Source: Thelocarpon superellum
Lineage: Eukaryota
Direction of reading: 5' to 3'
Length of the DNA: 49,370 nt
Assembly: GCA_026025795.1 (NCBI GenBank)
Contig: JAPEUG010000097.1
Location: 1-49,370, forward strand
How positions within the stretch are numbered: position 1 is the first letter of the stretch; the number at the start of each line of letters is the position of its first letter. The notes beneath the pieces are model-generated. The model ran no database searches and was not told the origin of the DNA. It saw only the letters and a program-made list of their open reading frames with translations. Made by a program: the position numbers and the translations under genes. Of the stretch, positions 33,482 through 43,190 are shown one piece after another.

Positions 33482-35263
33482 CTATAGATGAGGCCAAAAA
33501 TCAAGCCAGGAAACTGTGCTGAAAGCACCAGCAGGGAGACAGCGAAGACTTGCAAATGCCTCAACAAGGAAAAACAATCTTGCCAAGGCAAAAACCACGC
33601 CGAAAGAGACATTGACAACGTTGGCAGTGACATTGATGCCAAGCCAGCACAGGGCCTCAGGCCAGACCTTCGTCCCATGCTTGTTAAACATCTCTCCAAC
33701 CGTCCCCAAATGGCTCTCGCCCATCCGCTTCGACAAATGCACACGGAGTCGCCATTTTACGAACATTCCCATGAAGCCGATGAGCCAAATCACCCAGAGC
33801 GAAGAGAGGAGAAGCGCAGATCCTCGCCAGAGAGACTGCTCGATAGTTGTGGGGAAGGATGCTGCCCAACCGGTCAAGTATCCGGCACCGTAGAGCGAGC
33901 TGAAGAGCGCCAGCAGAGCCATCTGAGTTATTCTCCGAGGGTCACCAATTCCTTCCAAGTTGGCACGTTCGCTTAAGCCGGGGATGGGCTCGAGAAAGGT
34001 GCCACGTCGGAGATTGTGGACGCGTGTGGCGAGGTATTGGTCGTCAAACTCCAGGCGTTGAGCAATACGATGTATTCTGGTCGGTCCTAGGACATGATAA
34101 CTGAAATGACGCCGGTCCTGAGGAAGGCGACCGAGGGCCTCATGTGCAGGATGGTTGGGAGGGACCGTATGCGGCAGATTGAGCGCGCCCGTGCACTCGG
34201 TAGGGGGAGGATCGTTCCGGAAGACTGTTCCACGTTCGAAGGCAGCATAACACAGATGGAACCACGACTCGTCCTTCAGCCGCCAGTCCAGTGTCCACAG
34301 CGCAGTGATGTCCAAAGCCTCCTCATCGGTGACGGTTGCGGGCACCAGGACATCGTATGGCTTGTGAAACCAGAGCAGGTACAAGACCAAAGCGCAGATG
34401 ACATGCATACTGGTATGAATCTCGAGAAGGGTAATGTCCAGGCCTTGTCTGAGGCGCGCCAGAACCTGAACGACGAGAAAGCTCGCCTGAAGGCAAACAA
34501 GGACTTTGGCCATGCCATTGGCGTTGCTTTTGTCTGCCACGTGAACTCGCGGAAGCCGAGGGATCAATCCAACCTTAGCCAGGAACAAGAGGCCAGGAGG
34601 GGTGAGGGCAAGTTGTCGATCTGGGCTGGAGGGGTCGATGATGGTGTAGCCGCCCATGATCGCGAAGAATGCTTGGTCGAGTGTCCAGGGCGCCGAAGCG
34701 TCAGCTACTGAGCCCTGCGTCGTGCTCGAATCCATGCTGGGGCTCGGTTCGCATCCGGCTCGTCCACGGAGCCGTGTCTCCATTTGATTGAGACTCTCGA
34801 CGCTCACACTCGAGATGGCACTCTGCCAAGGTCCTTTCACACTTTCGTCACAAGCCTGACAGAGCTGACAGCTCCTAGACCTTTTCCTCGCTGTCCCCAA
34901 AGGGAGATCTTTGGTCTGCGTCGAGTTGACCTCCTTCATCAGACTTCGCGCTGCCTGCAGTTGGTTCGCAGCTAGAGCGACGATCAGCTCCGGCGACAAG
35001 ATGGCCACGAGCATCAGCCCAGTCTTGCGGATCGAGTCTTGCCAGGGGCGCGACTGTGGATCGATGTTGATATGGAGCGCAGTCCAAACGGAGAGGAGCA
35101 TTGCAGTGACGCACAAGACCAGAATGCTGCTGGTGCCCCGTCCGTTGGGCTCATAAATCCAGCCAGAGAATTCGGTGGCATTGGAAGGCAAGGGATAAGA
35201 GAACGTTTGGATAGCCATGAATGAAAATCCCGAGAGTCGTAAGATCTGTGGCACAGAGAGCAT
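33482..35263 (-). CDS. Uncharacterised fungal multi-pass membrane protein, 593 aa, single exon
   Basis: Long ATG-initiated ORF with several hydrophobic helices and motifs GW..EPNGRGT..IL, WTALHINI, SPE, FFAIMGGY, DKS.A..MAK, LLEIHT, WFHKPYD, FPT.IEQ.LWR and VEAFASLR.LP...W....PH, which I recognise as a widespread unnamed fungal family. Confidence 0.8.
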   Translation of the reverse strand: MLSVPQILRLSGFSFMAIQTFSYPLPSNATEFSGWIYEPNGRGTSSILVLCVTAMLLSVWTALHINIDPQSRPWQDSIRKTGLMLVAILSPELIVALAANQLQAARSLMKEVNSTQTKDLPLGTARKRSRSCQLCQACDESVKGPWQSAISSVSVESLNQMETRLRGRAGCEPSPSMDSSTTQGSVADASAPWTLDQAFFAIMGGYTIIDPSSPDRQLALTPPGLLFLAKVGLIPRLPRVHVADKSNANGMAKVLVCLQASFLVVQVLARLRQGLDITLLEIHTSMHVICALVLYLLWFHKPYDVLVPATVTDEEALDITALWTLDWRLKDESWFHLCYAAFERGTVFRNDPPPTECTGALNLPHTVPPNHPAHEALGRLPQDRRHFSYHVLGPTRIHRIAQRLEFDDQYLATRVHNLRRGTFLEPIPGLSERANLEGIGDPRRITQMALLALFSSLYGAGYLTGWAASFPTTIEQSLWRGSALLLSSLWVIWLIGFMGMFVKWRLRVHLSKRMGESHLGTVGEMFNKHGTKVWPEALCWLGINVTANVVNVSFGVVFALARLFFLVEAFASLRCLPAGAFSTVSWLDFWPHL

Positions 35264-36304
35264 CTGCCGTGAGGGAAAAGGTCGTCCATATTTAGGATCG
35301 TGTCTAACGGCAGCAAAAGCACTTGACTTTCACAACCGCCTTCTTATCGCTAGGCAACAACACGGCAAACGCGTAGATCTATAAGGAGGTCGTTGTCGGG
35401 CAGGGATATGCCGACAAGGCGGCTCAGTGCATGGGAAGTGTTTGGTTAGCCGCCCGCTCTTCGAAAGTAGCGATAGTTGGTCTTGCCGCCGATAGCTCTC
35501 GGCCAAGCATCCGGCCGTGGCGTCTCTGTAGAGTTTGATACATCAGAGATTGCAACCACTCTTTTCATGTTTAAGAAGAAGTCGTGGTCGAGCCGTAGCA
35601 GGCGGCCTGGTCGTCCTTGAGATCATGCATAGCAGTGATCCGTACGAGCAGGGAAGCCACATAGCACCCCAGGGTTGCACAGCCCGGAGCGCCTCGCGAA
35701 ACGCCTTGCTTCCGAAGTTTGCATTGGGGGTGATAGCTCTGGAGTGCTGCCGTGTCTCAAGATTATGCACGCACTCGTCCGCATGATTGAGCTCGGCGAG
35801 GTAGGTGTCTCGACCTGTGGACGGAGTACTTTGGAGCGGGATCGGGCTCTGAACAATGCGTGGCATTACGTAGCCACGGTTCGTGGATCGCCTCGCTTAC
35901 CTGGCGGGCCGGGCGGGTCTTCAGAACATGATGGCCCCAGCCACTCCGCTCCACCACCCCAGTCGACCCGCCATCTCCACCCCCACAGCCCAGGCCTTCT
36001 AGGCAGCAATGGCTCGTGACCCTGGTATTATACGTCCCGTAGCCGTGTAAACCATGTCCCGATCATGGATTCCTTGCCATCATGATACTGATGACCCCGC
36101 TTGCATTGACAACAACGGCCCAACACGTCGAAGATCGACTCCTGGTCGGCTTGGTGCCTAAGCAGCGCCCTCGAATATGTCATGGTAGCTTCAGGCTCTC
36201 AGCTACCTCTTCTAGGAGTTGCTGAGGTATAAAATCACAGCCTGTCGTGGACATTCGCTGCTCTCTTTGCTGTAAGCTCAGCTACTCTTGCGTCAAGCAC
36301 CTCG

Positions 36305-37534
36305 ATGTCTTTCCTCTCCCATACGCCTGAGGCTCGACTCGCCCTACGGGACGGTCCTAATCAGTCGACTACATGCGCAGGAATCACTCGTCGTGGTGAG
36401 AGATGCACACGATCCCTCTCTCCTTCAAAGATGTCGTCGTCAGAGAGCTCTCAACACCATGCCGTGTCTGACCAGCCAGTTCTGAGCTGGTTGTGCTGGC
36501 AACATCGAGACCAAGCTCATGGCCAGGTGAAGACGAATCAAATCGTTGGGAATCAGCATGACTACATCCTTCGGCACCGTAACAGTCTCCAAAGCATGAT
36601 CAGCCGCATGGGGTCCCTACGTGTCGATGGTGGGTCCACGGTAGGACGACAAGATTCAGCCAGCCATCGAACATACGGACCGCAGCACGCGAGGTTCACT
36701 GGGACGAGCGATACCCACCGCCGACCTGAACAGGACATGAGCATCTTCACCTGGCTGTGTCTACCATACCCACCACAGCCGCGATCCTCGCAAGGCAACA
36801 TGCAGCTCTCCGGTCAAGTCGCTGTTCGGGCACGCCGAACCGCGTCAAATAACCAGCACGAGAGAGCGGCTCAAACTGCGTCGGTACCTGCGGTCGCCAA
36901 GAAGATCTCCGAGAAGCCCACCAAGTCGGACTACCGCGGCCTCGCGACGTCGACACGACCTGCAGTACGAAGGCGGTCCCCCTCAGACACGGAGACACTC
37001 CTCCACTGGATCACGACCTCGCTACCCCCTCGGACAACCTCCTTACTCCTCGCCGAGCTGTCCAAACCCTTTTCTCCGGCGGACAAAGAAGGCTACATCT
37101 ACATCTTCAGGCTCACTTCGGCCTCTACCGTTGCCCCTCGGTCAGATTCACACCCATCTTCCAACGTCCTGTTGAAGATCGGGAGCACGTCCAACGTCTA
37201 CCGACGACTGAACGAATGGACACGACAGTGCAACTATTCGGTCTCGCTACTACGATACTATCCGTACGAATCCAGTGCATCTGGCACGCCCGACATGCGA
37301 ACGCGCTCATCACCCTCTTCGCCCTCGCCGAGGAAAGTGCCGTTCATGCGCCGCGTTGAGCGGCTCATCCACATTCAGCTGGCGGAAATGCAGATGAAAC
37401 ATACGTGTGGAGTCTGTGGCACCGAGCATCGCGAGTGGTTCTCGGTGCCTAACACGAGGGCGGGACTCGGCGCCGTGCATGAGATCATTAAGCGGTGGGT
37501 TACGTGGGGGGAGGAGCAACAGATCTACTTATGA
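36305..37534 (+). CDS. DUF1766 / T5orf172 (MUG113-like, GIY-YIG-related) domain protein with N-terminal C3H-type motif
   Basis: N-terminal C.G.T..G.RC...CWQH. C-terminal GYIYIFRL...LLKIGSTSNVYRRLNEW..QC...RVERLIHIQL...CGVCGTEHREWF. Confidence 0.88.
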   Translation: MSFLSHTPEARLALRDGPNQSTTCAGITRRGERCTRSLSPSKMSSSESSQHHAVSDQPVLSWLCWQHRDQAHGQVKTNQIVGNQHDYILRHRNSLQSMISRMGSLRVDGGSTVGRQDSASHRTYGPQHARFTGTSDTHRRPEQDMSIFTWLCLPYPPQPRSSQGNMQLSGQVAVRARRTASNNQHERAAQTASVPAVAKKISEKPTKSDYRGLATSTRPAVRRRSPSDTETLLHWITTSLPPRTTSLLLAELSKPFSPADKEGYIYIFRLTSASTVAPRSDSHPSSNVLLKIGSTSNVYRRLNEWTRQCNYSVSLLRYYPYESSASGTPDMRTRSSPSSPSPRKVPFMRRVERLIHIQLAEMQMKHTCGVCGTEHREWFSVPNTRAGLGAVHEIIKRWVTWGEEQQIYL

Positions 37535-37764
37535 TGACTTTGCATTCCTGTGGGGCATGTGGGCGTTGGATGCATGCCCTCTTATCTTCGATCTTTTCTC
37601 TCATGCTCATTACTGGTGGTTGAGCGTCCGTTTCTAAGATAGGCAATCTACCTTTGAGACCCCCACTTGATGACCAGACGCACCACCAATGATACGCCCG
37701 CTCGTAGATTATTCCCAGCAATGACTGACACCGCACACCCAAAAGCCAAAGCAAGAACGACAGC

Positions 37765-38423
37765 CTACGAAGCCGCAACCCGCTCGATCTTCGGATCGCC
37801 CGTGCGCGGAATAGTCGAGACACTGGTAACGCCATTCTCCGTCTTGACGGACGCCTTGATCTCCGGGGTACCAAGGGCAGCGTAGAGAGTCGTGTAGGCA
37901 AAGCGCAGGCTGATGAACGATCCGACGGCCCACAGCCAGATGAAAGCGGCGAGCGAGAAGGCAATGAAGAGCGTGGGCACGAGCACAAGCACCGCCGCGC
38001 CGAGCCAGAAGATGGAGAAGGCCAGCGCGGCCACGATGGACAGCAGCAGCGTTCCCAGCACGAACGAGGCGAAGATGAGCAGCGGTAGCGCCGAGAGCGC
38101 CGTCTGTGCTAGGATGAAGGACTGAAAAGGGGGAAAGCAGAGTTCGTTAGCTTGTTTGCATTGAGCTGGCCAGCTGATGGCATTGCGCTGGGTGGTTTTT
38201 AGAAGGCAAGGCGGAGGGCAGGGTAGTGGAGGGTGGTCGAGTGGAGTGAACCAAGAGAAGGCAACGCCACGTCACGTACCGCCATGAAAGGCTGTTCGAG
38301 GGCGAAATTGACCAGGTTCGAAGACACCTGCTGGCGCGTCTCGGGCGGAGCCACGGAATCGACGTAGCTCTGCAGCGTGGTAACCAGCGTGCTGGCCTGG
38401 TTGCGCATTGCTTGGACCACCAT
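37765..38423 (-). CDS. Promethin/LDAF1-like lipid-droplet membrane protein (2 exons)
   Basis: ATG at 38423; YVDSVAPPETR...FALEQPFMA. Intron 38279..38122 (GTACGT...CTAAC...CAG) leads into a long hydrophobic hairpin SFILAQTALSALPLLIF...VLVPTLF...FIWLW. Confidence 0.78.
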
Positions 38424-38564
38424 GGTGAAGGATAGGTGGAGCGTGCGGATGGATTGCCGCTGAGGAGAGTATGAATGCTTTCTGTGGGACGAGTATTTGA
38501 CACGAGGAGTCTACGGTCTGCAAGTGAGCTGCAACCGTGGAGACGGAATTGATACGACGAAGAA

Positions 38565-38600
38565 GATGGATGGATGGATGGATGGATGGATGGATGGATG
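38565..38600. repeat. (GATG)9 microsatellite
   Basis: Read directly; lies upstream of the promethin-like gene. Confidence 0.95.
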
Positions 38601-39124
38601 GGAAGGACGAACGACGGCGGCGGAGATGATGCTGGAATCAGGGATATGCAGATCGGTCATTACACGGACTATGGCGGGGAGCTATGCCTTCTGCCAAGCT
38701 TGAAGGTGCCCCGTGCTCCCGGTTATTCGAGACGGGGGCGCGCCCGGTAGATGACGAACATGGCCGCGTAAAGCTGCCGGGATTCGACGGGAGCGCCTCA
38801 GCAGGCCTGGCGCCTGCTGGCATTCGGTAATTCGCCGTGCCGACATGCAGCCACCCTTTGTCATCTACGAGCACGAGCACGACAGGTGTCCAGGGGACCA
38901 ACGTGGACCAAACACGTCGGAACGTTTGAGCAGGACGACGGTCGGACACCGCGCGGTTACTCTTCCTGTACTAAGGACCTCAAACGATTATGCCACCCCC
39001 CACATTGCCTTCCGGCAGTCGTGGCCCTGCAGCCAGTACGACCACTCCGGATCACTGCACGCCTGGCGATGCCCCGAGTGCTCCATGTACGCCGTGGCCC
39101 ATCCCTCGACAAACGAATCGTCCG

Positions 39125-39997
39125 TTACGGCTCGCCCAGCAATCGCGCAGTGATGTCACCCATGTAGGCTGCTTCCAGCTCGTAGTCCTCGCCGTCGTTC
39201 TTGTCGATGCCCACGTACTTGAAAGCCGACACTACCCGTTCCAGGTCAAAACCCATGTTCACAAATCGGTCAATGAGATCTTGATTGTAGCCATCGTATC
39301 TGTCAAAGATATCAGCAATGTAGGCGCGCAGAGGCTGGAGAGCGGTCTGGGAACGCAAGACGTACGCGGCTCGTCGTTCCCGCTCCTCTTCCTCCTTGGA
39401 TCGCTTCTCCTTCTCCCGAAAGGTCTCTCGTGTGGTAATACCACTGCCCTCGCCACGATCCCGCTTCGGAGCGCCCGCATACCGGACGGCCCATTCGCGA
39501 GCCACCCGGTCGAACTCACGGGGATTCCGCACGAGCATCGACGCGACTTCGGCGTCTTGTGGGTCTTTCGGCTCGGGCGTGCTGAGCAGCGACTGAAGAG
39601 ACAATAGGGCGGATTTGATGGTGAGGACGGGAGACCATGCAGAGGAGAGGGTGTCGAGACAGATGGCACCCTACATGACCAAGTCGGCGTTAATACGTGC
39701 TAAGTCCCCGACGTGGCCAAGCAAAGACGTGCGCCCTACCGTTTGGCTGCTAACATTCGGGTGCCAAACTTTCGTGTCGAACTTCATGATCGGCGGTCGG
39801 AACGGATACTCATTAGGGATCTTGATGTCGACGGCATACGTCCCGCCCTCGTACGGGGTGCCTGGGGGACCCTTGAACTGTCCTTTGAGGTGAGTCAAAT
39901 CGTCGCCCCCGACGGGGCTGGCAACGATACTCGAGGCTGTGTCGGCATGGATGTCGGAGATCTCCTTGGCGACTCGTCGAGCACGATTGGTCGACAT
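39125..39997 (-). CDS. UBC1: Ubiquitin-conjugating enzyme E2 with C-terminal UBA domain (3 exons)
   Basis: Motifs RARRVAKEI, GPPGTPYEGG, YPFRPP, WHPNVSSQT-GAICLDTL (catalytic Cys), PQDAEVA and UBA FVNMGF. Introns 39739..39671 and 39365..39300. Confidence 0.95.
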
Positions 39998-40814
39998 GGT
40001 GAGGGAGGAGGGTATGTTGAGTCGGCGGAGAGAGCGAAGATCTTGCTACCCAAGAGGTCCTGCAAGGATGCTGTGACTTGAACAGCCCAGCACCCTGTAC
40101 CGTTGGCCCTTCACCCAGCAGCGAAGATGCAAAGAGAAGTGGGGTTCGACGGAGGTGGGGGAGGGGTTGCGGGTAGCCCCGGTTGGAAACGACAGACTCG
40201 ACGACGGGTCACCGACCGGACGTAGATGAGTCTCTGTTGGGCCAGAGTTCGTAGACGATAAGGCAGTGTGGTGCAGAGTATTTATAGGTGGGCGAACAGG
40301 GTGAGGAGGGGCAGATGGGCGAAGTGGGCGAGGATGAAGAGCAGCACTAGATCTTGAGTTGTTCGTCAGGCCCCTCGGGCATATGGATGAAGGACAATGG
40401 CCAGCCAAGTCAGCGCGACCAATGAACGCTATTCGCCCACATCCGCATCTCTCCGTCATCCGTCGCTTCGGCGCCGCTTCGCGCTGTCTCGCGCCTCTCA
40501 CTACTGTGCCACTGGCCGAAGTTTAGGCGCTCCTGTCCCTGTGAGTCGCCCTACAACCGCTAGCGTTGGAGGCCGCCGACGAGGACAGCAGATCGATCAC
40601 GTGCTCTCGGTGCGCCAGCTGCGCGTCTTCTTTGCCTGCAGCTCGACCTGCCGATCCGTCAGTCCCAGTGCCGCTACGTGGAGTTTGACCAGCACCTACT
40701 CTCACTCGTCATCCCTCTTCCTCTCCCATCGGCGTCGTCATCGTCCTCACCGCCATTCTCGTCTCGACATCCCACACGTCTGGTGTGTGTGGACCGTGTC
40801 CGAGTCTTCCAACG

Positions 40815-42392
40815 ATGGTACGCCAGCCCTCCCGGGAGAGCCTCCGATGACGGCCAGAGCTCCGCTGACCTTGACTTTCCATCACAGGGTTCTCAGAACT
40901 CGAGCCTTGGTGGCAACCAGCAAGGCGGGGATAACAAGGACGAGAAGGATCAGAAGGTACGTCGCCGTTGCGCGGACGCGGACCGCGAGACGAGCGAGGC
41001 TCACGCCACCGCAGAAGAAGCCCAAGTTCGAACCGCCACCACGGCCCACCACGCGGATAGGTCGCAAGAAACGGCGCGCCGCCGGACCGAATGCCTCTGC
41101 CAAGCTCCCGACCGTCTACCCGAGCTCGCGGTGCAAGTTGAAGTATCTGCGCATGCAGCGGGTCCACGATCACTTGTTGCTCGAGGAAGAGTATGTGGAG
41201 AATCAAGAACGGATCCGCAAGGCCAAGGCCGCCAACGCCCCCGTCGCGAGCTCGGCCGCCGGGGCCGACCCAGACGTGCTCGATCGGAATGCGGACGAAC
41301 GTGGCCGGGTCGATGATATGAGAGGCAGCCCGATGGGGGTGGGCAACCTCGAAGAGATGATCGACGACGATCATGCCATCGTGTCGAGCGCTACCGGGCC
41401 GGAATACTACGTCTCCATCATGTCCTTTGTCGACAAGGACCTCCTTGAGCCAGGCTCGAGCGTCCTCTTGCATCACAAATCGGTGTCGGTCGTGGGCGTC
41501 TTGACGGACGATGCCGATCCATTAGTCAGCGTGATGAAGCTTGACAAGGCGCCCACGGAATCATACGCCGACATTGGTGGGTTGGAGCAGCAGATCCAGG
41601 AAGTGCGTGAGGCCGTGGAACTGCCGCTGCTGCATCCCGAACTCTACGAGGAGATGGGCATCAAGCCACCGAAAGGCGTGATCCTCTACGGCGCGCCGGG
41701 GACAGGAAAGACGCTGCTGGCCAAGGCCGTGGCCAATCAGACCAGCGCCACCTTCCTCCGCATTGTCGGGAGCGAGCTCATCCAGAAGTACCTCGGTGAC
41801 GGTCCGCGACTGGTGCGGCAGATCTTCCAGGTGGCCGCGGACCACGCGCCCGCCATCGTCTTCATCGACGAGATCGACGCCATCGGCACGAAGCGATATG
41901 AGTCGACGTCGGGCGGCGAGCGCGAGATTCAGCGCACGATGCTCGAGTTGCTCAACCAACTGGACGGCTTCGACGACCGCGGCGACGTCAAGGTCATCAT
42001 GGCCACCAACAAGATTGAGACGCTAGACCCGGCGCTCATCCGACCGGGCCGAATCGACCGCAAGATTCTCTTTGAGAACCCCGATCGTACGTCCTCACTC
42101 CGCCCGCTCCTCTCTGATGCCAAGACTGACCCCCGGCACAGAAACCACGAAACGCAAGATCTTCACGCTGCACACGTCCAAAATGTCCCTCAACGACGAC
42201 GTGGACCTCGACGAGTTCATCACGCAGAAAGACGACCTGTCCGGGGCCGACATCAAGGCCATCTGCTCCGAAGCGGGTCTCATGGCCCTGCGTGAACGCC
42301 GCATGCGCGTCCAGATGGCTGACTTCCGCACCGCGCGCGAACGCGTGATGAAGACCAAGACGGAGGGAGAGCCAGAGGGCTTGTACTTGTAG
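40815..42392 (+). CDS. RPT2: 26S proteasome AAA-ATPase regulatory subunit 4 (4 exons)
   Basis: First coding exon is the ATG alone (40815-40817). Introns 40818..40887, 40957..41014 and 42087..42141. Product starts MGSQNS; has Walker A GAPGTGKT, Walker [24 protein letters not shown] and C-terminal EGLYL. Confidence 0.96.
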
Positions 42393-42888
42393 TGTTTTCC
42401 TTCGTTCGTTTCAAGGATCTTGACTCCAAAGCTGTGCCTATGTGACTCGAGCGGAGGTCTTGAGAGACCTGGGTCGCTGTATAGTAATCGCCTTTACCTA
42501 CCCGCTCCACGCATCATATGAAAACACATCGTGCCAGATCAACGTGTCATCTGCATTGCATCATTCGCGTCAGATGAGAATAGACGAGAAGAGATGAGAT
42601 GGGAGGTAATGTCATGAGATAGTAGAGACATGAACGAGGTGAGATGCAAGTATTAACGACGCAAGTCATATTGCCATGGCCCTTGTCCGCCCGCCACATC
42701 CACGCCACGTGAAGCCCGATTCTCATCTCCTCTACAGCTTCGCGCGCCCTTCCTTACTCTTCCCTGACGTCTCTTCCAGCGTCGCTCTTCGTATTTGCCG
42801 CTGGTATGTCGGTCTGCCTTGACTCCCTTTCCTCCTGTCCTTCGTCTTTCCCCATTCCACTCCTCGCCCTATCCCGCTCCTTCACCTG

Positions 42889-43050
42889 GCTCCTCTCCCC
42901 ATCTCGCTCCTCTCCCCATCTCGCCCCTCTCCCCATCTCGCCCCTCTCCCCATCTCGCTCCTCTCCCCATCTCGCTCCTCTCCCCATCTCGCCCCTCTCC
43001 CCATCTCGCCCCTCTCCCCATCTCGCCCCTCTCCCCATCTCACTCCTCTC
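42889..43050. repeat. 17-bp minisatellite (ATCTCGCYCCTCTCCCC)n, about 9.5 copies
   Basis: Units start at 42901, 42918, 42935, 42952, 42969, 42986, 43003, 43020 and 43037; full units differ at one C/T position. Confidence 0.95.
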
Positions 43051-43190
43051 GGTGTCGCTTATCCTTGCCGTATCGCTAGAAGAAATTAGCAACAAGTCAT
43101 TCCGCCATGTCTATGCTTGAAGAAGAGCTCACCGGTAACATCGTACTGAAGTCTCAAGCAAACACCGATTGCCTCCAACGCGGGTCCCAT

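Noticed and set aside
40397..42295. 632-aa ORF as an N-terminally extended AAA-ATPase
   Set aside because: Artefact of reading through UTR and introns; spliced RPT2 starts at 40815 and ends at 42392.
42754..43120. ORFs with repeated ERGEMGRGARWG / SPHLAPLPISP peptides; also considered as a CRISPR-like array
   Set aside because: These are translations of the 17-bp minisatellite. Units are directly adjacent with no spacers, and the DNA is eukaryotic.
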